Part shown: positions 27,700 through 40,470 of the stretch, in pieces | Layout of the letters: every line of letters starts with the position of its first letter | Numbering within the stretch: position 1 is the first letter of the stretch | Origin: Sphagnum compactum | Taxonomy: Eukaryota | Direction: 5' to 3' | Length of the DNA: 64,000 nt | Assembly (NCBI GenBank): GCA_965153455.1 | Contig: OZ234493.1 | Coordinates: 18,714,213-18,778,212 of the forward strand | Notes under the pieces: generated by a model | Seen by the model: the letters and a program-made list of their open reading frames with translations, nothing else | Told to the model about the DNA's origin: nothing | Databases searched by the model: none | Position numbers and translations under genes: made by a program

Positions 27700-29060
27700 A
27701 TTATTATAATTGCAATAATTACTTTTGATTACTGTAAAAATATAAATAAATAATGTGAATATTTTGTATTTCTAATAATTGTTAAGTGTAAATAAGTGGT
27801 TTTAAGTTATAAATACAACAATTTACAATAATTACATTCATTACTTCAATTATAGTATAATTATCGCAAAATTATATACCAATTTAATTATAATTTATAA
27901 CATATAAATAGCTGAAATATTATATAATTATTATGATAATAATATTAAATATATATATATAATTACTGTAAATAAATAATTTATAATAAAATTTGATTAA
28001 AATAAATTTTCTATAAATTTTATAAATTTTTATTAATCTATAAAAATACTATAAATAATGTTGTAGTAGTAATTATGCATTTTCAATAAAATATTATAGG
28101 TTTTACATATAATACTCTATTATAATTGAATTATTTTAATTATAAGTAGTACATTACTTATTCAAATTATAGTAAAATTACCATAAGAATTGTAAATGTT
28201 AATTTAAATTATAAATTATAAATATTATTATTAAGTGCAATTACATATTACATAAAATTTTAATGAATTTTTAGCATTGTAAACAATTTAATAATTAGGA
28301 TATATTTTTATGTTGGAAATTTTATTATTTATTGTAAATAAGTAATTATAAATTATATATATATATATTTGAGAATAATGATGATAATTACATTAAATAT
28401 TGGAATTACACTATGGTTAGTGTAAAAAGATTAAATATGGATTTTAATTATAAAATTCAAGTTGTAAAAAATTTGATTATTTATAGTTATTTATAACTAA
28501 TTTGGTAATTAATTTAATTACAATAATTCTATGATAATTATTGTACTTGTTTTTTATACACCTATGGATGTTTGATGTATTGTCACCTTTACATATACCC
28601 TAATATGAAGCTAATATACAATAATATGTTTTTCAAACCATACCTAACTAATCCACGAGAATAATACATATATATACCATTATGAATGTGGAATGCATAA
28701 TGTATACATAAGGCTTACTATACATAATTGTTAGTCACCAAAACATAAAACACATGATTGATCCTATACAAAATTAGTAATATACATAACTTAATGTATA
28801 AATAAATATTAGTTACCATTTTTTGGTCACTGTTGCAACTAATGGGCCATACAAAGGCCTTCTAAGATGAAAATAATGTGAGAAATCATCCCATTGGAAG
28901 AATGAAAAACCTATAAATAATTGCAACATAGTCATAAATGTGACCAAAAAATGTGTGATGTGATTTCAGTCACAAATGTAACCAATGTTAGTTGTCAACA
29001 ACGATTAGTCGCATGTAGTCACAAATCATTTGATTACATTTTAGCCTTTTTCTACTAGTG
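27700..29060 (-). mobile_element. CACTA element copy 3, reverse orientation, only one terminus found
   Basis: Ends in TTTTAGCCTTTTTCTACTAGTG at 29060, the reverse complement of the left terminus of copies 1 and 2, with subterminal repeats and an AT-rich core ~27700-28560. No partner terminus was seen. Confidence 0.75.
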
Positions 29061-29989
29061 ACGGTGCTTTTATTGACGAAAAGGTCCTTTCTTTTCTTGG
29101 GCATCAAGTTATCCTTGTCCTTATATATTTTCTCATGATTGAAGTATAAAGAAAAGTAGTTTTATTATATTTGTTCTTAACGCCAAATTTCTTATAATAC
29201 GGAATTGGGTGAAAGATCACATCCTAATGGGAATAATGCTTTCTTGGAAGTTGAATCATTTTTGCCCACCATCTATCATGGAACCTAGGATTTCAATGTT
29301 TTTAACAAATCATCAATTAACTTGATAGTTTTCAAAATCTAACTATCGGGGTCTTTCAAAGAGCAAGAACATATTTTCATCGTTGTGGCTTTGGTGGCTT
29401 TGACAACCTCAATAAATATGTTTTTCTTAAAACGAAAACCATGCATACCACTGTTTGTAGAGCACGACACAATGGTTGTTGTCATGTTTACTAAGTAGCA
29501 GTTGCAATTGAGGTGTTGACATAGTACATAAGAGTGCCCGACATTCGTTTTTTGCCTTTCAACTTGTAGTTGTAGTTGAAAAACAATGATGCCGCGCACT
29601 TGCAACAAAGACAGTAATCTCAATCCCAATGTCATCCATGTGTGATTTATCATTCATCACTATGTTTGTAATTGACCAAAATAGTTGAACATGGGACCTT
29701 CTCGGTTGGCACACCACCCTAGGAGGCTTGATTATAGAGTGTGTAATTTTCCAAGTCGGCTTTTCAACTAGAATTCAATTTTAGACCATGTGGGTGTTAA
29801 GAGCATTCCATGGAGTCCAAAATAGTTGGGATTTGCCTTGATTTGTCCACCAAGAGAGTAGGCAACTCAATTCATTTGGCAATTGTGAATAATGTTTTTA
29901 AATATTCAAAAAATTACAATTGAAACGTAGTTGAAGATGACATCAAGTCAAAGGTTGGTTGGTTGAAAAAGAGGGGTTTTGTAGTAGTG

Positions 29990-32700
29990 ATTTAATTGGC
30001 AATAGATGAAGGTAATTCTTTCAAATTGAAACACCTTAACAAATTAAATTCCTTGAATGCATCAAATTGGCCAACAAACGTAAGTAATTTTTGCAAGTTC
30101 GTACATTCTCACAACAAATTTTTTTGGAGTGCATTTAATTGGCAAATGTACATGTAAGTAATTCTTGCAAGTTGAAGCATTCACACAAGTCAAGATTGTC
30201 AAGTGCATTCAATGACCAATAAATGAAAGTAGTTTTTTCAAATTGGAACAACTTCACAAATGAAGCTTTTGGATTGTATTGAATTGGCCAATAGAGGAAA
30301 ATAGTTATCTCAAGTTGGAACACTTTGATAAATGAAACAGTTTGAATGCATTCAATTAGCCAATAGATGAATGGGCTTCTTTCATGATGTTTTCAAGTTA
30401 GAGAAGTTTTATCAATAAAGATTTGGAATGCATTCAATTGGCCAATAGATGAAGGTAATTTTTTCAACTCGGAACACCCATTCAAATCAAGCTTTTGAAG
30501 TGCATTCAATTGACCAATAGATGAAGGTAAATTTTTTAACTCGGAACACCCATTCAAATCAAGCTTTTGAAGTGCATTCAATTGACCAATAGATGAAGGT
30601 AATTTTTTTCAACTCGGAACACCCATTCAAATCAAAAAATTTAAGTGCATTCAATTGACCAATAGATGAAGGTAGTTCTTTCAACTGGAAACAACATGAC
30701 AAATAGAGCAGTTGGAGTGCATTCAATTGGCCAATAGATGAAGGTAGTTCATTCAACTCAGAACACCCATTCAAATCAAGCTTTTGAAGTGCATTCAATT
30801 GGTCAATAGATGAAGGTACTTCTTTCAACTCGGAACACCCATTCAAATCAAACACTTGGAGTGCACTCAATTGGCGAATAAATGACGATAGTTCTTTCAA
30901 CTCGTAACAACCTTTCAAATCAAGCTTTTGGAGTGCATTGAATTGCCCAATATATGAAGGTAGTTATTTCAAGTTGCGACACCTTTTCAAATCCAAGTCT
31001 TGGAGTCCATTCAATTGGCCAATAGATGAAGATAGTTATTCCAAGTTGCCACACTTTTTCAAATCCAGGTTTTGGAGTGCATTCAATTGGCCAATAGATG
31101 AAGGTAGCTCTTTCAACTCGGAACACCCATTCAAATCAAGCACTTGGAGTGCATTCAATTGCCCAATAGATGAAGGTAATTCTTTCAAGTTGCGACACCT
31201 TTTCAAATCCAGGTTTTGGAGTGCATTCAATTAGCCAATAGATGAAGGTAGTTCTTTCAACTCGAAACACCCATTCAAATCAAGTATTTGGAGTGCATTC
31301 AATTGCCTAATAGATGAAGGCAATTTTTTTAAGTTGCGACAATCGTACAAATAAAACTCTTGTAATGCATTCAGTTTGCCAATAGATGAAGGTAGTTCTT
31401 TCAATTCGAAACAACATGACAAATGGAACACTTGGAGTGTATTCAATTGGCCAATAGATGAAGGTAGTTCTTTCAACTCAAAACACCATGACAAATCAAG
31501 CTTTTGAAGTGCATTCAATTGGCCAATAGATGAAGGTAGTTTTTTCAACTCGAAACACCATGACAAATCAAGCTTTTGGAGTGCATTCAATTGGCCAATA
31601 TATGAAGGTAGTTCTTTCAACTTGGAACACCCATTCAAATCAAGCACTTGGAGTGCATTCAATTGCCCAATAGATGAAGGTAGATCTTTCAAGTTGCGAC
31701 ACTTATATAAATAAAGTTCTTGTAGTGCATTTAGTTCGCCAATAGATGAAGGTAGTTCTTTTAACTCAGAACACCCGTTCAAATCAAACCTTTGGAGGAC
31801 ATTCAATTGGCCAATAGATGAAGGTAGTTCTTTCAAGTTGCGACATTTATATAAATAAAATTCTTGTAGTGCATTCAATTGGCCAATAAATGAAGGTAAT
31901 TCTTTCAACTCGAAACACCCATTCAAATCAAACACTCTGAGTGCATTCAATTGGCCAATAGATGAAGGTAGTTCTTTCAAGTTACGACAGTCATATAAAT
32001 AAAGTTCTTGTAGTGCATTTAGTTCGCCAATAGATGAAGGTAGTTCTTTCAACTCAAAAGAACATGACAAGTGGAACACTTGGAGTGTATTCAATTGACC
32101 AATAAATGAAGGTAGTTCTTTCAACTCGAAACAACATGACATATCAAACTTTTGGAGTGCATTCAATTGGCCAATAGATGAAGGTAATTCTTTCAACTCG
32201 AAACGCCATGACAAATCAAGCTTTTGGAGTGCATTCAATTGGCCAATAGATGAAGGTAGTTCTTTCAACTTGAAACACCCATTCAAATCAAGCACTTGGA
32301 ATGCATTCAATTGGCCAATAGATGAAGGTAGTTCTTTTAACTCGGAACACCCGTTTAAATCAAGCACTTGGAGTGCATTTAATTGGCCCATAGATGAAGG
32401 TAGTTCCTTCAACTCGGAACACCCGTTCAAATCAAGCACTTGGAGTGCATTCAATTGGCCAATAGATGAAGGTAATTCTTTCAACTCGGAACACCCCTTC
32501 AAATTAAGCACTTGGAGTGCATTCAATTGGTCAATAGATGAAGGTAGTTCTTTCAAGTTGCAACACTTTGACAAATCAAATTCTTGGAGTGCATTCAATT
32601 GCCCAATAGATGAAGGTAGTTCTTTCAAGTTAAAACAATCCGACAAATCCAATTCTTGGAGTGCATTCAATTGCCCAATAGATGAAGGTATGTTTTCCAA
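29990..32700 (-). repeat. Coding tandem array of 72-bp (24-aa) LRR units, about 38 copies
   Basis: Consensus LKELPSSIGQLNALQxLxLxxCxx. On the plus strand the block GAGTGCATTCAATTGGCCAATAGATGAAGGTAGTTCTTTCAA recurs every 72 nt. Twenty full units were counted in ORF 31231-32964; the total is estimated from length. Confidence 0.95.
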
Positions 32701-35700
32701 ACTTTGGCATTGTGCCAAATCAAGTACTTGTAATTGTAAACAATTAAACAAATTACTTGGCAACTTTTGAATCGTGCATTTTTTGAGGCACAACCACTTA
32801 ACGTTATTCAAATTTCGCCCTTGGATGAAAATTTTCACTATAATTGATGAAACTTCTGTTAGGTCAACCAACCTAAGGTTGCAAAATCTCGTTGAGCCGA
32901 TTTGGGACAATATAGGCAAATTGTCACATCTTTTCAATGAGATGCCTTCCAAATTTTCCACCACCTATGACATGAAATGAAAACAAAAGGATTATCAATA
33001 TAAAAGAACATTTCATCCTAATACCAATTTTTACTAAAAAAACATATATTTATAAAATCAAGATTCAAAGTTAAAACATTTGGTTCTTGACATCAAAATA
33101 AATTCATAGGAAATCAAAATAAAATTATAGGATTCAAATAGTATGGTGACAACCTCATCCTTTAGTAAATAAAAGTTGACTCATTTGATTTCCATATAAA
33201 TCGATTCATAATTGGAAGTTCCATTGCAATATTTTGACCCATGTCTCGTAATTGTTCATGTATGTACAAGATTCCACCTTCTATCTGTTGGATTAAAGAT
33301 CTATCTTGTAAATTTTGTAATTCAAACTTTGGGTGTAAATAATCTCCACTCCACGCTCGACAAATTGTACTTATTTTCAAACCACCCAAAAAACAAGCAA
33401 TATCCAAAAACATGTTTTGATGTTGTTTATCCAAGTGCTCATAAGAAATCTTCAAATTCCTCCAAAGCTCTTCATTATCATTACCCCCGGTGAAACTTTG
33501 CCCACTTTTCAATTTGTTCAATGCACCTTCCCAAATTTCCAATTCTTTAATATTGGAGAGAAAAGAACCCAATATTTTAAGACTTAAAGGGAGCACCCCA
33601 CAAGCTTTTACAATCTTCATACATATATCTTGGAAATCCTTTGTTGGAACATGATTTGCATTACCGAATGCATGGAACATAAATAGTTCCTTTGCTTGCT
33701 CTTCTTCCAAAGATTTCAAGACCACTTTTCCATCCTCACTTACATGAGATTCCAAAATTTGCCAATTTTGACAATTCACAAGTAGTTTGCTTTTAGAAGT
33801 TGCATTGTTGGTAACATTATCAATGAGAAGTTGCAAGGATGTAAGGTTCCTTGCATCACCAACATCATCCACCACCACTAACACTTTTTTCGATATCATA
33901 CATTGCCTAATTTGGTCAAGGTCTTTTTGATTCACATTTTCATCCTCGCATAACGTTTTGCCACACAAATCATGTAGGAGTTGTTTTATGACATCATTGA
34001 TATTGTCCTTTGATTTCACATCCTCCAAAAAACTAGATTTGTCATATTGGTTGTGGTACAAATGATAGAATTTTTTGCACAAAGTGGTCTTCCCAATCCC
34101 ACCCATTCCAACCAAACCAACAATAGATTCCTTTTGTAACAAGATGTTTATGTCTTTTGCTTTGTTAATCAATGCCGCCTCATAACATGGCAAAGGTGGA
34201 AGCAATATATTTTTCTGTCAAAATTCACAAAATATAAGTCATTTATATGTTATCTTTCTTATTTGATAACCAATATATATGACATTGCATATGCAATACA
34301 CATCAAGCGTGCTATGACCTAATGTGTATCAAATTACATGAACATATACGAAATCAAAAGACTTAGATTTCATGTTTTTACCTCCATACATATTTTCAAA
34401 CATTTTAACAATAAAAAATAACTTGGATGATCTTTGTTTGGCGGCTTGCAAATTGTCAAGTGATTAACATCTTCAATTTCGTAATGATTGTTGTTTGATA
34501 ATTGAATAGTGGAGGCAAATGGCACTAAAATTCCCTGCATGTGCAAAAGATTAAATTAATGGAGCTCATTGACTTGTTTGTTCACTTATGCTTTAACTTA
34601 TAAGTAACATAGTAATTTCAAATGGTGGTGGAAACTATAGCTTAATAACTATTGATGTTTGAATCATAATCAAATTTTGTGTAAATTAATTTCCTTCAAC
34701 CCTTTTGCAAGCAAATTATAAATACATCACAAAGTTATTGATTTTTAATCTCATTAATCTTACATGTTTTAATGATGTTAACGATTTTCCTTACAATGAT
34801 TTATATGGAATTGATTTGATGAAAAGAACATTTAAAATCTATTTCTTGATGTTTGAAATCAATCAAAATTTCCTTTCCATCAATAATAATTCATGAAACA
34901 AAGTTCATAAAACACATGACCCATTCACCACATTAATATATTTAGAAGTATGGAGTCCTTGATCGCAGACAAGTTTTGACAATACAAAAAATGTTCAACT
35001 AATGAACCAAGTTGGATAACTTTCAATATGGTGAAATGAAAATCTTACCCAATTTTCATCGAGTGGTAATCCTTCACCAAATGCATAAATGTTGACGTCT
35101 TCATGAATGACATTTATAAAATCCTCTGAAAGGTATTCCATTTGTGGGTTGAAAGGTTCTAAATTTTTTGAAAAACCAAGTTGGGTGGCATACTTGTACA
35201 ACAAGTTGATTTGTTGATATTGCCAAGTGAAATATTTTGATAACTATTGGGTACCACCAGAATGTGGCACACCATAAAATATTACACTTTTGACATTATT
35301 CAAAAATGTCTTACAACATTTTTGTACTTCATCATCCAAATCATTTCTTAGGCTTTGATGTACATGTTTGTGAGCTTCAACCACCAAGCTTTTGAGTACA
35401 AGACCTCCAAAACTATAAGCAATTAATGCCACTGGTCCATCCCAAAGGGATTGATAACTACAAAATATTCAACAGTGCACCAAAATTTTGTTATCAACAT
35501 TGTATTAGCATGTACAAATTTATCTTATTATACTTGGGGAAATTTTCCAATTCACACATGACCTAAGCCATAAGTTCATAATTGATTTGCGCACCATTTG
35601 TCATTTTTCATTTATTGATTCCATTAATCTACCTAAAAAATATGACAACCATGTTTTGGTAAAATTATTATTATGTACAAGTATGTAGGTGTTTACATTC

Positions 35701-36555
35701 TTGTGTTAATGTACAACTCATCTTCTATGTGTTCCTTTGGAAATATCATGGAAATAAAATTTAAAAAATTTGTTAAAAAAAAAAAACCCTTGTTTGGAAA
35801 TAATTTTTTTGCAATGAAATGGATGCAATTTTTCTACGCATGTATTAATTTAATTTAATTCAATTTAATTGCATTACCAAAGATAAAACTTCAAAAAATG
35901 CGAATTAAAAATTGTCATCAAAAACCAAACTCGTTGTACCGTGAACTTATAATATGAACATACGCTTTGCTATTATCTTCAAACATAAACATTTTCATTT
36001 TAGCCCCATTTTATGTTCTCCTATAGGAATTTAACAATTCAAATAAATTGAAACTTGTTGGTGTGTATCACAATACTAGCACACATGAATAATTAACTTG
36101 TGCAAAACATTTAAGAAATTCTAAAGTTGCAAACAATTATCTTTAATGTATAAAAGGAGTAGTGACTAATGTGTCCATAAATAGAGGAGATTGTCACACC
36201 TTGAATTTGTAACCAATCTTTGAATGAGATTTTTGCCAATTTCAATCACATCATTGTGAACACTTGGCACAATGTTAGAATCATAGGACAATGATAAAAT
36301 TCGAACATTGTTGTTCAAGTCTTCGGGTAGCCACTTTTCTGGCCAACATATGCACTCTTCTTTATTGTTGGTGGGGCGTGTCGTCCATGTTTCCTTCCAT
36401 TCATCATTTGTGCCAAAAACAATTCCATGAAAAAAAACGATGGTCAAGTTTGGTTTATTGGAATTGCAAGTGGGATTTAAATCATGCACTTGATATTTTT
36501 GCAAAGAAAATGAAATTGAGTGAACACAATTCTTCAAACATCTCTTGAAATTCAT
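29990..36555 (-). pseudogene. Alpha/beta-hydrolase-NB-ARC-LRR (HNL-type) immune receptor, disrupted
   Basis: Exons 36555-36200, 35457-35049, 34534-34382, 34214-33154 and 32964-~29990, with GT-AG junctions. Hydrolase: IVFFHG...CWPEKWLPEDL..VRILSLSYD, IAYSFGGLVLK, VIFYGVPHSG, DVNHLTICKP. NB-ARC: GMGGIGKTT, VLVVVDDV, GVLPLSL, FLDIACF, IHEQLRDMG. Lesions: TAG at 35244-35246, a 1-nt frameshift near 33170, TAA at 31231-31233, and more in the distal LRRs. Confidence 0.9.
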
Positions 36556-38625
36556 TTGACTATACATGAAATAAAAGAACCGTAATATACAAATTATAGT
36601 AGTTAGATAAAGGTAATAAATAATTGAAAAGATTAAGTTTAACAAGAAGACAATAATAGATGAATTGGAGAATACCAAATTTATCTTGCATGACTAACAA
36701 ATGAAGATCATTCGCATGTGTCATAGACCTCAAAGTTTCAAAAAATAGTTCAATTAAGTAAATATTGTTACATAGTAGGTGGAACGTATGCCAACCAATA
36801 AAGGTCAATGCTAAGAATTGGATTCTTTCAAGTTTGGGTCGATTAGCTTAGCCATCTAGTTTGGTTCATTTGTATTTCATGACATTTTCCTCAACATTTG
36901 GGCCACTTAGGCCTCCAACTCCTAAGGAATTGGGACACGAACCCAATAAGAATGTCCAAGACCATTGTAATAATTTGCTTTAGGTTACACATTGAACTTA
37001 ATTGCACATTAAAACTACACATTGAACTTAACTCATAATCTATAATGACAATTCCAATCCTTACAAGTTCAATATATTCATAGTCAATACCAATTGACAA
37101 ATTTCCCTTTCACCAATTCTACTTGTTATAGCAACTGAGTCGCTGGCCTAATGTAAGAGGCTATAATGAGGACTCCATTTCCTATTGTTTTTACATCATT
37201 TCATATTGTTTTTATCTAAACAAACAAACTGGAAAGTAAGGCAAAGTGAAAATGTATGACAAGGAAGCTTGTAAATGATTGAGGACATTCAGGTACCCTA
37301 GTGGCTAAAGGGTATGGTTGTGAAGCTGCTGGTTGGGCGTTCAAATCTGAACTAGACCTCCTTCTCCTGATGCTTTGTGAGGACAACAAGCTATCATGGT
37401 TGTAAGGGTCAAGGAAAATTGTCCACACCCAAACAAAATAAAAAAAAGTAAAGAAAAAATCAAACTTCAACATGTAACTTGGAAAGCCTAAGAAAAAACT
37501 GTCTGAAGAAAGCTCATGATAAGGTCAAGAAGAAGCACCACATTGCTGTGCCATCCAGAGCTTGAAGGAGCATTTTCAGTGGGGACCAAAGGTGTCTCAA
37601 TCCAGCAGGGACACGTGCAACATCTCTCTTTCTTTTTGGTGGCCCTTGTGAAAGACCAACTCCTTTCCCCTTGAGACAATATGAATTTCCCATATTTTGC
37701 ACTACTGAAATTCCTTTTGCTCACTGCTCTCATAGATATTTTTCTCTTAACCTTTTGGTCTCATAAAACCTGCTACAAATCCTTTGCCGTCCCGATAGCA
37801 TACACAGGGTATGATGGGTGTCCCTCACATCACAGATTCCCGCAAGCTAAGCTGATCTTTCCACTAGATCTCCCCAGAAAACATCAACCCCTTTCCTCTT
37901 CACGATCTCCCTGGAATTCTCACACTTCTTCTCTCACTCCTTTTCGACCTTTCTTGCAGATGTTTCTTCTTCTTCATTGTCTCCTCGCCCAGAAACTTCT
38001 AGAAGGGTTTTGCCGTGACTCTTCAGACTCTAGCATACGCGCTTTACCGATTTCTTCTTGGCCACTGAACAATTCATTACTTTCTTTTCTGGAACACATG
38101 TCTCTATTTTCTACTCATAATTGAGGATAGAACATGCAATGTCAGCTTTAGAGTTGTCAAACGCGCTTTACTTTTTCCCTCCGGCCTCCTCCATTATTAT
38201 CATCATGACTTTTGTTCACATCCACACACTGACCTTTCTTTTACCAAAAAACTAAAGCGGAAAAAAAGCTAAGTCATAAATCTAAAAAGTGCTAAAATCA
38301 AATGCTTTTTGAGATTCTGAATAGCCAAAATTCATCCAAATTGAAAGAAAAATCGTCAGATTTCCTTACATGGTTTTCAAGTAGGTAGCCAAAAGTAAGA
38401 GAAACATGTTTCAAATTTTCTAATGCCATATTTAGCTCATAGCTCAATCCGACTAATCTTCCTACCGATGATAGGCACTTGGGCTATATTTCAAAACTGA
38501 CCCAAAAAGTTATGCATCCACACGTTTCCTGCTGTTGGCTGATTTCACCCAGTGCATTATTGAGGCGCTCTGTCAGAGCTCATGTTGCAGGCAATGCATG
38601 ATTAATTGGGGCCTTGGGCGGACCG

Positions 38626-38842
38626 GCCAGGATGAATTGGCCCCCACATTGGGATCACTGTAAAACCCCCAAAACCCATTTAATTGGCCGTATTAGGCCC
38701 CAAAATTTATAGATTTGGACTTTGGGACCCTGATTTAGTCCATGGAAATGATATCTAGAAATATTTAGACTATTTACGAGCAATTTAAGTGAGCTTTGTG
38801 GCTTTTACCATGATCCCAATGTGGGGGTCAATCTGCCTTGGT
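38626..38842. mobile_element. Short inverted-repeat element (MITE-like)
   Basis: ccaggatgaattggcccccacattgggatcactgtaaaa (~38626-38664) is an imperfect reverse complement of ttttaccatgatcccaatgtgggggtcaatctgccttgg (~38803-38841). Confidence 0.6.
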
Positions 38843-38934
38843 TGCGTGAACCTGGCCTACACTAGAACCACCCTGAAAATCCCAAAGTTTTTGGGGGCAG
38901 CTTCAAAACTTTATAGATACATGTAGCGTCCTTA

Positions 38935-39226
38935 GAGCATCTCCACCCCACACCTGCAAACACCCCTTTTCATTAAATCTTGCAGCGGGGTAGCGTAACT
39001 CATGCTCCTCTCCATTTATGTCGATTTGCGGTGGTCATTTTTAGCCCCTTTAAAAGCTAGCATGGATGTGGACGGTGACTCTTACTGGTCCAGATGTAAA
39101 GACCTAAATGGTCTTTGAGCGTTTAAAGGGACTTTTATGACGTTTGTGGGTGGGGACAGTGACCATTAAAAACTATTCTATTTTAACATAAAGCAGTTTT
39201 TTGCAGTTTTTGAGTTGGAGACGATC
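38935..39226. mobile_element. Tourist-type (PIF/Harbinger) MITE
   Basis: tta|GAGCATCTCCA...TGGAGACGATC|tta: 11-bp TIR with 2 mismatches and a TTA TSD. Confidence 0.65.
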
Positions 39227-40470
39227 TTAGACAAAATCAGGGTCTCCAAATCGACAAAGACAGCCTCTAAAAGGCCTCACTCAAGAAGGTGAGTGTACCA
39301 GCTTAGGTGCTGGTGCGCCCTGGCCAGTGGCTATGATTGGAGCAGCCTGGGTGGAGAAGGAAAAATTACACGGACGGTCGTAGCAAATAAATCCAGAGTG
39401 GAAAAACAAGAGAGATTCTGTACAGAGGAGTGATTTTTCTTTGTGAATTTTCGCACTGTGGCTACAAAGAAAATTTGAAGAAATTGGGAAAATTCGTTTT
39501 AATAGTGTGAATTTGAGAAGAAAAAGCACATAAAATGGAAAAAATCGACAAAGTTTACAAACCACAAAATTGAAAAAAGAAGGAAAGGAAAAAAAGACTG
39601 GTACAGAGATATATATGTGTGCACCCTAAATAAAATATGAAAAAACACGTTGTGAAACTGAGGGCGACTTTAGAGGAGGGTCCAAGGTCCAGGGACCAAT
39701 GAATTCAAGCAATCTTATTGGTCGAAAGCTTTAAATTGGTCCCAATGACTTTAGAGGGAGGGTCCAAGACCAAAAAGTGGCAAATTGAGGCTAATATGGC
39801 ACCCGTTTTAGAGGGAAACTCAATTGATTGGGACCAAAAGACAGTGCTAAAAGCTCCTGTTTTGGAGAACCTAGAATGAGGCTAGGGACCCAGGTACACT
39901 CCAACTCAAGGATTCAATTTGCTTCACATGAGTCCAAATTGGTTCCTAGGAAATTGGGCCCTGGACCCTCGTCTAAAGTGGGCCGGATGGTGTTTTACTG
40001 CAAGACCCTTTTGACTCCTTTTGTGGAGAACCAACCACAACCAGCACGATTGAGATCTGGTGCAAAGAACAAACACGTTGGATCCGAGATCTGAGGCGTT
40101 TAGCCTAGTGAAAGCTAGTAAGTTTTTGCTCATACGGGGTTTTCTGACTTGCTTTGTGTTATGGTGCCCGCAACCAAGTCTGTTGTTTGTGAAGGAATTG
40201 GGGAAACCTGTAATTAATGGCCAGGCCGAACCTGCAGCTACATTAATACATTCACCTTCTTGAATGAGCCCTTTCCCCATAATAACTCCAAGACGCATCA
40301 AAGAAATGTTAAATTTGAACTCAGAGACCCTGATTTAGTCTAAGGCCCGCTTTACACTAGGAGTCGGGGCCTGAAAAAACTTGGGGCCAACTTTCAGCAT
40401 TTTTGGCTTTTTGTCTGGCCCCAAGTTACTAATAAATGCTACAACATTGGCCACAAGGGTTGCAAATTGG

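Noticed and set aside
29339-29653. Cys/His-rich minus-strand ORF as a post-LRR integrated domain
   Set aside because: No convincing motif spacing and no splice link to the LRR exon; more likely TE debris.
29990-32700. CRISPR-like pattern: constant ~42-bp repeat with an ATTGGCCAAT palindrome and ~30-bp variable 'spacers'
   Set aside because: The period is exactly 24 codons, the minus strand encodes LRRs spliced to an NB-ARC exon, the 'spacers' are homologous to each other, there are no cas genes, and the DNA is eukaryotic.
30938-32770. Plus-strand repetitive ORFs (SAFNWPIDEGSSFN...)
   Set aside because: Antisense shadows of the LRR array.
37216-38124. Short ORFs upstream of the NLR as extra coding exons
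   Set aside because: No domain similarity or phase-consistent splice path was found; probably 5' UTR or promoter.
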